A stretch of 64,000 nucleotides of DNA from Trichosphaerium sp. ATCC 40318 (taxonomy: Eukaryota; Protista; Tubulinea), in the NCBI GenBank assembly GCA_038496445.1, contig JALMLS010000093.1:496001-560000 (forward strand), in the 5' to 3' direction. Below the pieces are notes generated by a model. That model was not told where the DNA came from. It ran no database searches and was given only the letters and a program-made list of their open reading frames with translations. Positions 1 through 11,339 of the stretch are shown one piece after another. Every line of letters starts with the position of its first letter. Position 1 is the stretch's first letter. A program made the position numbers and the translations under genes.

Positions 1-20
1 TGAAGAAAAGAAGTATTTAT

Positions 21-1757
21 TTAGGAACGACAATGAAAATACAAATAAACTGGAGTGATAACAAACAGCACCAATCCAATCGCAGAAACTACACCAATGA
101 TGGCAATGATACCTGCCTCAAGACTATTACCTTGGCAATCATCTTCGATTAACCATAGTACAGATAGTTTTGTTTCTGTCTGCATCAGAGAAAAGTCATT
201 GCATGAATCTTCAACCCGACTTGAAACATTTGTTTGTTGAATGATTGAAGAGTCACAACCTGATGGAATTATCATGATTGTATGAGTAGACGCGATATTG
301 GAGTCAATCAGAATGATATTCAGAGTATCATTGAAGGACGGACACTTTTGAAATGTGAGTGTTGCCATATTTGAGAGAAGTACTGTTGTGTTCTCTGTCA
401 TGTTTACATTTCCTAAACAACCATAAATTGTTGTCTACCAAGAGCAATATTGAGTCATACCTTGGAACACGACTGACGTCTCAATAAGAATCTGTGATAT
501 TGATTGCATCATAACATCATTGTCTACAATCCAAATACCATTTATTTCGTCACACTCAGCGCCTGGAGGCTTGACACCATTACATACTATAATAGTTGTT
601 AGAAATAGTGCCGTAAAGCATGTAGGTACTTTTGACTTACATTGTACAGATGGAGTTGATATTGGAATGTTATTTTCTGCGTTAGAAGGAGCGATTGTTG
701 TGTCAGTTGGAGGCATTGTAGGAAGACATTTTCCGCTTGAACCTGCATTGTAAATCTGTTGTATTTGTGCTTTACTCAGTGCATTATCTTTGTAGAAAGA
801 CACCTATCAATTCAAATGTTACTTGAAAAATTGTACAATGATCTTTGATATGTACCTCGTCTATTATGCCTCTGAAATGATATTGACCTTCGTTATCAGA
901 ACCAATAACTATCTTTGTGGAGTTGTTTGTAACCAGTATACCAGTTAAGGTTGTATTGTACTCTATACCATCTAAAAAACAAAAAGTTAATAAAAACGTG
1001 AAGCAACTCGAAAATAACGCACTGAAGTATGCAAGAATGTTTCCTCTACCTGTGGTAGCATCCCTAATAAAGTGAGAAGCTAAAACGGGTAAATACAAGC
1101 CTTACTTGACATAAGAAATAGCCACGTGATTCCAAGTGTTAGTGAGAGTCAATGTAAGTAGATTACGTCTCAGTGCAAATACATTTACTAACCTTGGCTT
1201 TAGTGTATTTAGAATTGAGTATCGCACTTACCAAATTTGTGGTGAATGACAAGACTATCAAACTCATCTATAAACAAGCTGAAACCTGCTTCATCCTCGT
1301 GGTGTATAAGATACTGTCTTCTGTCAAGTCTATCAATATTTATCCACATCTCAACCGTGAAACTCTCGTCTAACAAAACAAAATATAAGTAAGTATTTTT
1401 ACAAGATGACATCTAGTTCTCAGGTGAGTATAAAATAAGAAACGCACTTTGGATTATTCCAGTTTTATCTAAAACTAACGCAGCATTATTGTCCAAACGT
1501 AAACCATCTCCAACGCGTCCCTGTTACGCCGTAAGTTGTTTTTCAGTTTCGTAAACAATACGTACTTCAACTTTAAAAAAGTCGGTGGGATGTACTCCAG
1601 AAATCGCCCCAAAGCGCGAGTACAATGCGTCATAGGTGCCATTTGAAGCAATTGATTCGAATCGCCACCAGCCTGTCATATTTTGTTCCAAAGGCACGCA
1701 TTGAGCGTTGGCAAGCGCAATAATGATCCCAAATAGTACTGCTAACGAGATTGCCAT
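21..1757 (-). CDS. Type I membrane protein: signal peptide, LamG/concanavalin-A-like jellyroll, P/T linker, juxtamembrane beta domain, TM (copy 1, multi-exon)
   Basis: Spliced exons give MAISLAVLFG..AQCVPLEQNMTGWWRFE..SFTVEMWINID..WNHVAISY..FRGIIDEVSFYKDNALSKAQIQQIYNAGSSGKC, then TM GIIAIIGVVSAIGLVLFVITPVYL and TAA at 21-23. Confidence 0.85.
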
Positions 1758-2519
1758 AAAAACAGTTATCACGTGATGTAACGTTAACCTGTAGGTTACA
1801 AAATTGGAATTTTTATTTATTTTATCAATAAACCGACTAGCGGAGTGATAATTAGTCCGCAATTAAAAAGATAACTTTAGTTATCCATGTGACAGAACAA
1901 AACTTATTGGTTTTTTTTATTTACAATGAAAAGCAAAGCAAGCGCGTCATCAAACGAGTATGAATGGTGTATAGCGCAATTGCGAGGTCTACTAAGGTTG
2001 TAGAATACATGCCAAAAGTATACAGCGGAAAAATGGTTTGTTGTATATTTCCGCGTTCTCCTATCTCTACCACGTTTGAAATAACCTATTCCGTTATGTT
2101 TTAATATTCGCAAGTTTAGCGCTAGGTATCAGCAATACGCCACAAAGTTGTTGTGTACTAGAACAAAGTAACGGATCACGAGATTCATAATAAACAAGCG
2201 GGGATTCATATGAGGCTACACAGCTTGTTGTTGGATATACCATTCGGGTAAAATATTGCCCGAAGATTGCGGCCAATTTATTCATATCCGTTCGTAAAGG
2301 GTTTGCACTACTTTTGGCAAAATTGCGAAACCGCATTCGTGATATTTTATTTCAAGTAATATCGCGAGATTTCACAACGAGCGCGTGTCGTAACAAATAA
2401 GTAGCATGTTCAGTAAATAACGTGAGCACTGTTCTCCTAAAACAACGCAAGTTTGTAATAAAGGCTTATTTATTACACCTAGATCAAAAAACAGATTTCC
2501 TGACTAGAATAGTCAGAGC

Positions 2520-3234
2520 TACCATACTCATGCTGTACACTCACTTGATGATCCTTTTATTTCAATAATTATGCCTTCCATCTTTTGGTGGCTTGTTACA
2601 ACCACAGTATTCGCCAAAACGATACAGGTGAACTTATAAATTTTTTTCCACTTTTTTTTGTTGAGCATAAACAATATAACTTGTGCTATTTCCTTTCCGA
2701 GACACACCAGCGCATTCAATTCTTAGCTTTCCATTTTCATTGTCATGTCGTTGTATTCTATAGTATCACTCGAATGGTGGTCTCTGAGACTATATAAGCT
2801 GAGAAGTTTTGCATCACATCATAGATAACATGTCAATTGCTTAATTCTGCCTTAGTGAAAGAAAGAGCTCTTTATCATCATAGATAGGTAGGGCACATCC
2901 ATCATGCGTTGAAAGGTGCTTATCAGCTGTTTGCGAGGTATGTTAATACCAAACACATCTTGATTGCCATAGAAACAATGGCATTATCGCTATTTGCCAC
3001 AACAAATCGGACAGAATAAAAGCAAAACGTGGAAGAAACTGTACTTGGTACATCAGCTATGCGCTTGTGATTAATAAACACAATTGATGGTTTCTACAAC
3101 AAGTTATATGTTTTTTTAGAGGCTTCAGTATACACTGCTAGAAGCTTTTGTTGGAGCCCTACACTAAGAAGTAGCAGATCTTGTTCCATTGTTGACAATT
3201 TATAAATTGGATTGTTTTTTGCATTTGTTCTTTG
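2520..3234 (-). pseudogene. Decayed intronless ORF remnant
   Basis: Protein-like stretches (MEQDLLLLSVGLQQKLLAVY.., FYGNQDVFGINIPRKQLISTFQRM.., DTIEYNDMTMKMES*ELNALVCLG) broken by stops and frame changes. Confidence 0.35.
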
Positions 3235-3548
3235 TATTTCATAAACCAATTGGTTGCACGAACTACAAATCCATGGTCAACGAAGAAGCCTGAAGAAGAT
3301 TTCTCTGAAACAGTTTTGGATACATGTGGAAAGTTCGAAACGTCATTGGTGTTTGTTGTGGTGAAGAATGGTTTGAGTACTGTAATGAGTGATATATCAG
3401 GGTTATGTCGTAGTAAAAGTATTGGCCAAGGCTCGTAAGTCGCTATTAGAGCTCTTAAGAGCTTTGGTTCATTATGTAGAAAGTACTGGGCTCTGCTTTC
3501 GTTAACGTTCTTTAAAAACGGTTCCCCAAGTGATTTTACTCTACAAAA
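3235..3548 (-). pseudogene. Truncated inverted duplicate of the 8452-9444 gene
   Basis: FCRVKSLGEPFLKNVNESRAQY...ATNWFMKY is nearly identical to the middle of the 8452-9444 protein but lacks both ends. Confidence 0.85.
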
Positions 3549-3581
3549 CAAAATGTATCATATGAAGAAAGGTACATTTAT

Positions 3582-5329
3582 TTAGTTTCGAAAATGAAAA
3601 TACAAATAAACTGGAGTGATAACAAACAGCACCAATCCAATCACAGAAACTACACCAATGATGGCAATGATACCTGTCTCAAGACTATTATCTTGACAAT
3701 CATCTTTGATTGACCACAGTACAGATAGTTTTGTTTTTGTTTGCATCAGAGAAAAGTCATTGCATGAATCTTCAACACGACTTGATACATTTGTTTGTTG
3801 AATGATTGAAGAGTCACAACCTGATGGAATTACCATGATTGTATGAGCAGATACGGTATTGGAGTCAATCAGAATGATATTGAGAGTGTCATTGAAGGAT
3901 GGACACTTTTGAAATGTGAGTGTTGCCATATTTGAGAGAAGTACTGTTGTCTTCTCTGTCACATTTACGTTACCTACATAAGTGTCAATAAAGTATGTAG
4001 TCTTAATATTACAACGCTAGATATCAATTATATTGAGTTATACCTTGGAACACGACTGAAGTCTCAATACGAATGTGTGTTGTTGGTTGAATCACAACAT
4101 CATTTTCTACAATCCAAATACCATTTATTTCGTCACACTCAGCACCTGGCGGCTTGTCACCATTACATACTATTAAAATATGTTAGATTGTAATAATAAG
4201 CAGTGAGTATCTCACTTGTTGCGGTTGGTGCAGCAGATGTTGACATTGGTCCATTGGGTACGTCTGAGGGGGTGTTTGAAGGCATTGTAGGAAGACATTT
4301 TCCATTTGAACCTGCATTGTAAATCTGTTGTATTTGTGCTTTGCTCAGTGCATTATCTTTGTAGAAAGATATCTATCAATTCAAAATTAATAGAGGTTAT
4401 AGGGGTTTAACGAGCTCTAGCATACCTCATCTAGTACACCAACAAGACGATTTCGACTATGAATATTCGACCCAAAAAAAACCTGAGTATCTTTGTATGT
4501 ACGATACCCAACTCCAGATTCTAACAAATGCTCAACGCCATCTAATTTTTCATAAGTCTGCTATCAATTATAATTAACTTGTCACTCACTCAAGTACCCG
4601 AAAGTAGTTCCTACTCCAGTTGTAGAGTTCCTGGAAAGCAGAGGTGAGATTGTTGAAGTAAAACAAAGGATAGTAAACTTACTTGATAAATGAAATAGCC
4701 ACGTGATTCCAAACATCTGTAGCGTTTATAAAAGGCAAAAGAAAATTATTTTCAGCTCCACCTACTAAGTACGTTTAAGCAAAAATAGATAGTTTGATTT
4801 GACAGTGTTTTTACTGATGTGTTACGTACCATATTGAGAAGAAATTGACAATCTATTATTCAATGTTACAAACATTCTGAAACCTGATGTGTTTGATTCC
4901 TGTTGAATGAGATATTGTCTCGTATCAAGCAGTGAAAGTTTCGCCCACATCTCAATTGTGAAACTTTCTGAAAGACAAATCAGTGAAACAGCAAAAATGG
5001 AAACAATAAAACAATACCTTGATCTAGCGGTAGTATATCGTCATTTTGTATAACAAGCTCATAACCGCCTGTAAAACGAAACCCATCGCCAACACGGCCC
5101 TGCGTCTCGTTTAATGGTAAAAAAAACCGTTGAAAAAACGTACTTGCGCTGGAGGATCCGGCGAGTAACCTACTGGAATCGCAGCAACACGTGAATTTAT
5201 AGCATCGGAAGCGTTGTTTCCAATCGTCTCGAATCTCCACCAACTTGAAATACTCGGTTCTGGTGGTACACATTGGGTGTTGGCTAGCAAAACGAAGAGC
5301 CCAAATACGAGTACTATTGACAATGACAT
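3582..5329 (-). CDS. LamG-domain type I membrane protein (copy 2, divergent ectodomain)
   Basis: MSLSIVLVFGLFVLLANTQCVPPEPSISSWWRFE..GRVGDGFRF..FTIEMWAK..WNHVAISF..GVLDE..YNAGSNGKC; C-terminal exons nearly identical to copies 1 and 3. Confidence 0.85.
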
Positions 5330-6353
5330 TGTAACTGCTTTGTTTTATCACGTGACGTGGTTCTCAAAGTGGCAATAAAGTTGTGATGGTTTTTTTTTTG
5401 GCGGAGTTTTTTTTTTTCCGTTTTAAAAAAGCTTGCGAATTTCCTGGCTTGCGCTAGGTTCGACCGTTAAATAATATTGCCTTTATAGTCCTAATAAATA
5501 GTAATGGCTGGTCAGACCTCTTGTAAAGCGGGTATACGACTGCACAGCAAACTTTGTCACAAACAGTAATTTCATATGTTTACTAGCGGTTATATGGTGT
5601 CAATGTCGTCACGTGACAGGTCCAAAAAAACCGTTTAGAGAAAAAATGCCTAGCCTAGCAGTTTCATATATACGTACATAGCCGTAGATGTAACCAAATG
5701 ATAGTATAATACGAATTGGTCATTTGAACCAAAAATGGTATAGGTACCAAAAGTTGTAGTGCACAAGATTGGTTAAAAATACATTACCCTTTTGATACTG
5801 TGTATCATATACGAAGGGATATGAATAAATTGGCCGCAATCTTCGGGCAACATTTTACTCGTATGGCGTATCTGTATCCAACAACAAACTGTGTAACCTC
5901 ATATGAATCCCCGCTTGTTTATTATGAATCTCGTGATCTGTTACTTTGTTCTAGTACACAACAACTTTGTGGCCGCATTGCTGATACCTAGCGCTAAACT
6001 TGCGAATATTAAAACATAGAATAGGTTATTTCGTAGAGATAGAAGAACGCGGAAATATACAAACCATTTTTCCGCTGTATAGTTTTGGCATGTATTCTAC
6101 GACCTTAGTAGACCTCACACTTGCGCTATACACCATTCATAACTGTTTGATGACGCGTACTTGCTTCGCTTTCACAAAAAAACGACTAGCGGAGTGCGAG
6201 TTAGTCCGCAATTAAAAAGATTGCTTTAGTTATCCATGTGACAGAACGAACTTGTCGTTTTTTTGCTTACAATGACTTGCAGTATTGGACGAAATACACA
6301 AAATAACAGTTTTGTTATTTACAACTTCAGGTTACATCACGTGATACTTTTTT

Positions 6354-8101
6354 ATGTCAACTTCGCTAGTAGTACTATTTGGGATCTTTATTGCGCTTGC
6401 CAACGCTCAATGCGTGCCTTTGGAACAAAATATGACAGGCTGGTGGCGATTCGAATCAATTGCTTCAAATAGCACCTATGACGCATTGTACTCGCGCGTT
6501 GGGGCGATTTCTGGCGTTCTTCCTACCGACTTTTTTAAAGTTGAAGTACGTATTGTTTACGAAACTAAAAAAACAACTTACGGCGTAACAGGGACGCGTT
6601 GGAGATGGTTTACGTTTGGACAATAACGCTGCATTTGTTTTAGATAAACATGGAATAATACAAGGTACTTTCTTATTTTTCAACCTCGAGTCATCTTTTG
6701 TAAAATACTTATGTAACCTTAGACGAGAGTTTCACGGTTGAGATGTGGATAAATATTGATAAACTTGACAGAAGACAGTATCTTATACATCACGAAGATG
6801 AAGCAGGTTTCAGCTTGTTTGTAGATGAGTATGATGCTCTTGTCGTTCACCACAAATTTGGTAAGACGATATTCAATTTTAAATATACTAAAAGCCAAGA
6901 TTAGTAAATGGATTTCCACTGAGTCGTGGTCTACTTAAATTGAATCTCACTAACACTTGGAATCACGTGGCTATTTCTTATGTCATGTAAGGCTTGTATT
7001 TCCCTCGTTTTAGCTTCTCACTTTATTAGGAATGCTACTACAGGTAGAGGAAACATTCTTGCATACTTCAGTGCGTTGGATATTCTTGAGTTGCTTCACG
7101 TTTTTATTAACTTTGTTTTTTAGATGGTATAGAGTACAATACAGATTTAACTGGCACACTGGTTACAAACAATTCCACAAAGATAGTTATTGGTTCTGAT
7201 AACGAAGGTCAATATCATTTCAGAGGCATAATAGACGAGGTACATATCAAAGATCATTGTACAATTTTTCAAGTAACATTTGAATTGATAGGTGTCTTTC
7301 TACAAAGATAATGCACTGAATAAAGCACAAATACAACAGATTTACAATGCAGGTTCAAGTGGAAAATGTCTTCCTACATTGCCTTCAACTGACACGACAA
7401 CCACTCCTTCTAAAGTAGCAAATGAAATTCCAATATCAACTCCATCTGTACAATGTAAGTCAAAAGCACCTACATGCTTTACGGCACTATTTTCTAACAA
7501 CTGTTATAGCATGTAATGGTGAAAAGCCTCCAGGTGCTGAGTGTGACGAAATAGATGGTATTTGGATTGTAGAAAATGATATTGTAATTCAACCAACAAC
7601 ACACATTCTTATTGAGACGTCAGTCGTGTTCCAAGGTATGACTCAATATCATTGATATCTAACTTTGCAGTACTTGAGACTACATACTTTATTGACAGTT
7701 ATGTAGGAAACGTAAACGTGACAGAGAAGACAACAGTACTTCTCTCAAATATGGCAACACTCACATTTCAAAAGTGTCCGTCCTTCAATGACACTCTCAA
7801 TATCATCCTGATTGACTTTACCCCATCTACTCATACAATCATGATAATTCCATCAGGTTGTGACTCTTCAATCATTCAACAAACAAATGTATCAAGTCAT
7901 GTTGAAGCTTCATGCAAAGACTTTTCTCTGATGCAGACAAAAACAAAACTATCTGTACTGTGGTCAATCAAAGATGATTGTCAAGATAATAGTCTTGAGA
8001 CAGGTATCATTGCCATCATTGGTGTAGTTGCTGCGATTGGATTGGTGCTGTTTGTTATCGCTCCAGTTTATTTGTATTTTCATTTTCGTCAACCTAAATA
8101 A
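6354..8101 (+). CDS. LamG-domain type I membrane protein (copy 3)
   Basis: Intact spliced frame with GT-AG introns from MSTSLVVLFG to YFHFRQPK*; same architecture as copy 1. Confidence 0.88.
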
Positions 8102-8451
8102 ATATACTTTTCTTCGTATGATCCATACACATAAACTAGTTTACACTTTCCATCTACCCGTTTGTCTGATACAACTGATGTCATTCAAAGTTAGTAAAAC
8201 GGTGTGTACTAAAATGTCGAAAAAAAATTCGAAAAAATGTCAATTGAACTGTTCGCCACAAAGGGAGACAACTGGGTTATGGCGCTCAGTCGCCGCTAGG
8301 CTCTGCCCCCCCCCCAAACCCCCTGAAAGGGGGCTTTCTAAATAGTTCCTATGGCATAATATAGGATAATTAGTGTGCCGAATTTTCGACTTTTTGTTGA
8401 CAAAGTTCTACATATTTGGGTTTCCCAGTAAAACAATTTAGTAAACTTGCT

Positions 8452-9444
8452 ATGACCACAACACACCCAGATATACAAATGCCAATGGAACTGCTATTGT
8501 ACTATGTATTCCCTCATTCGATTGATACTCTAAATCATGTTTTTTCGCTCATTTTATTATCACGTGCTATCTACAACTCATTTTGTAGAGTAAAATCACT
8601 CTGGGAACCGTTTTTAAAGAACGTTAACGAAAGCAGAGCCCAGTACTTTCTACATAACGAACCAAAGCTTTCAAGAGCTCTAATAGCGACTTACGAGCCT
8701 TGGCCAATACTTTTACTACGACATAACCCTGATATATCACTCATTACAGTACTCAAACCATTCTTCACCACAACAAACACCAATGACGTTTCGAACTTTC
8801 CACATGTATCCAAAACTGTTTCAGAGAAATCTTCTTCAGGCTTCTTCGTTGACCATGGATTTGTAGTTCGTGCAACCAATTGGTTTATGAAATATGCTTT
8901 TGACAGCAGTACAATGCAATGGTCAAAAAAAGAGAGGATAACTCCACACAAAGCATGTGACAGTGATCTAAAAAAAGAAAACGAAAGGCAAGTATTTATG
9001 ACTGGCCTCGTTGCTCTTGGGTCAACAAATATATATCATCGTATGATGGATAAACGCCCTCAACTTAAGAACCATTGGGCGTTAAGAACATATGGGCGTT
9101 TCAGAAATCCAAAGCGCTTGGAAGAGCCTTCTAAGATGGTCCGTTTAAAGTTGACCTTTATAGGAGATGAAACATTTGAGTTCACGGGCATTTTCAGATT
9201 GTTTTATACTATTGGTTTAGTAGGAGACAGGCGTAGGCACTGGGAAATAGTAAGAGCATCTACTTTTGATAGTGGCACAATCAAAATAGGAGAAACAAGC
9301 TACACAACACTTAAAGTTTCAATGCACAAGAAGATTGGGTTTATCTTTACTACAAAAACCCACATGTTTATTTCTTATTTTGAACTACCCACAAAAGCGC
9401 ACCAAGCTCATGGATGGAAAATGTCTATCAACCAAGAATTTTAA
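8452..9444 (+). CDS. Intronless hypothetical protein with divergent N-terminal F-box-like motif
   Basis: About 330 aa uninterrupted ORF; MPMELLLYYVFPHSIDTLNHVFSLILLSRAIY resembles the F-box consensus LPxEllxxIf...lsxVsr. Confidence 0.7.
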   Translation: MTTTHPDIQMPMELLLYYVFPHSIDTLNHVFSLILLSRAIYNSFCRVKSLWEPFLKNVNESRAQYFLHNEPKLSRALIATYEPWPILLLRHNPDISLITVLKPFFTTTNTNDVSNFPHVSKTVSEKSSSGFFVDHGFVVRATNWFMKYAFDSSTMQWSKKERITPHKACDSDLKKENERQVFMTGLVALGSTNIYHRMMDKRPQLKNHWALRTYGRFRNPKRLEEPSKMVRLKLTFIGDETFEFTGIFRLFYTIGLVGDRRRHWEIVRASTFDSGTIKIGETSYTTLKVSMHKKIGFIFTTKTHMFISYFELPTKAHQAHGWKMSINQEF

Positions 9445-9801
9445 TGAAGGGTATATAAAACATCAGCGGTGTTCCGGCCCCGGCTTAGCCAGCTACGAGA
9501 ATTCTTAACCGACGTTGCAAAAAATTCTTGTGATTCAGAAAAATAGTCTAAGGCACTGTCACATAGTACTTTTTCACAGGATATGCTTCCTTTGTCAACC
9601 TTTTAACCACTTCTTCGTGTTTTCTTGCACATCAATAGGGTCAATCTCGCTACCGCCAAAATAAAAAGTTGAACTCATTTGACATTGTCATTTTTTTGTT
9701 CACTATTGCGCAAACTCACGAAGTGTACAATACTTGTTGAAATGGAGCGATAACAGTTAGAGGGCTACTAATAATCGACACTTTGTGCTCGTACGCTAAG
9801 A

Positions 9802-11181
9802 ATGAGGCCATTTTGCCTTAGTGTACCACGGCGCGTGAATTTAGTATGCCGCCAGCGACAAACCCACACCGCGTTTCGATTGGTACCAATTCGATGCTAT
9901 TCAATAGGCATGTGTATTAAAAGTTCTATATTACGTCTAATTATTCCTAAAAGACCACCACTACGCTCAATTAGGCATAAAGAAGTGGGCAACTGCTGCA
10001 GAAGCTAAAACTGCTTTCTATGCTGTACGCACATAATCAAACATACCACACGGCTAATCTCCGCGTCAAGAAAGCAAAGTCATGTCACCCAGACACAAAC
10101 GCAGATGATCCAGCAGCGCATCAAAAATTTATTGCTCTACAAGCAGCGTATAAGGTAGTTCAGGACAATCTAGGGCGATTCCGTAACACTGGAGCGTCAC
10201 AATCACAACACTCGTATGCACAAAACACGCATCAGCACGAGTATTACTATTATGCGCAACAGCAAGCTAGACCAAAGAAACCAAAGAAAAAACAAGCTAA
10301 GAAGGAAACAGAGGAAGGATGGGATCCGTTCTGGAAGCCAAAACAGAAAAAGAAGAAACCAGACCAACAACAGAAGCAACAGAAGCAACAAAAGCAACAA
10401 CAGCAACAACAACAAAAACATAGCAAGCAACGAGCTGCAGATGATGTTTTTACGTTTATGTATAAAGGTAAGCATTGGTTGAGATAACGGTTTGTTGTTG
10501 ACACGATGGTGATTTTTTTTTCAAGGTTTTGCTTTTGAAGTTGATATGAGTAAGTTCAGAAAAAATAACAAAAGCAGCTTTGAACAAGTTTTCCGAGATC
10601 AGTTCTCATATGGTAAGGGAAAAAAGGGTGGACAGAAACAACAACAATATCAACAGCAACAGCAACAACATCATAACCGTCAACAACAACAACAACAACA
10701 ACAACAGCAACAACAGAATAAACAAACCAAAAAAGGAAATAAAAAAAAAAAACCCACTAAGTCAACTGAAGGAGGTAGTGGTCCTCAAGAACAACAACAA
10801 CAAGCAAAGAAGAAACCTAACGCTAAACAACAAACAAAGCAACAACAAAAACAAGAAAGGAAAAACAAAAAACAACAACAGAAACAACATGAACTTGATG
10901 AGTATGAGCGTGTATTTATGGAGGAAACAGGTTATAATCCTTTTTCACGTTCAGAACGTAAAAAAAGAAGACAACAATTTGGACAACAATTTGGACCTGG
11001 TTTTCCTTTTCCTCCCAACCCACAAGGAAGTGAAAGAACTTATTATGAAGGTGGAAGAAGTCATCGTCGTACTCATTATAGCTACTATGAACCAGAAGAA
11101 GCAGTATACTATGATCGTGACGCAAACTATTTTGAGGGCGACAACGATGACGGGTTTCATGACTGGGACGACGAATGGTGA
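9802..11181 (+). CDS. DnaJ (J-domain) protein with basic N-terminal presequence and Q/K-rich low-complexity tail
   Basis: Spliced HHYAQLGIKKWATAAEAKTAFYA-KAKSCHPDTN..QKFIALQAAYKVV contains the HPD motif; polyQ tracts follow. Confidence 0.85.
10360..10890 (+). repeat. CAA/CAG trinucleotide tracts encoding polyQ in the DnaJ gene
   Basis: e.g. caacaacaacaacaacaacaacaacagcaacaacag at 10681-10716. Confidence 0.9.
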
Positions 11182-11339
11182 TAACCACTGTGTAAATAAA
11201 AAACAAAAACTTAAAATCAAGCCTGACTTTTCTTGACTTTGGATCGATTTTCACTGACTTGTATGCTAAAGTGAAACTACTTTGCTAAATTGCGACATAC
11301 ACCTTTTGAAGACTTGTTGCGAGCATAAGGAATGAATAA

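Larger units (their letters stand above)
21..8894. repeat. Nested inverted segmental duplication (about 21-2296 vs 5810-8101; about 3235-4380 vs 7280-8894 with an internal gap)
   Basis: Reverse-complement near-identity covers exons, introns and upstream DNA (the spurious ORF MNKLAAIFGQ.. occurs at both 2094-2336 and 5800-5991); 3235-3548 matches 8581-8894. Confidence 0.9.

Noticed and set aside
2094-2336. ORF MNKLAAIFGQ.. present twice (also 5800-5991)
   Set aside because: Similarity comes from recent duplication of upstream DNA; indels differ between the copies and there is no coding signature
2478-2516. Helitron-like 3' end (hairpin then CTAG on the minus strand)
   Set aside because: CTAG is not followed by T, spacing is atypical, and no 5' TC end or Rep/helicase is seen
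10203-11254. Poly-Leu, poly-Cys and poly-Asn ORFs
   Set aside because: Antisense or alternate-frame shadows of the CAA repeats in the DnaJ gene
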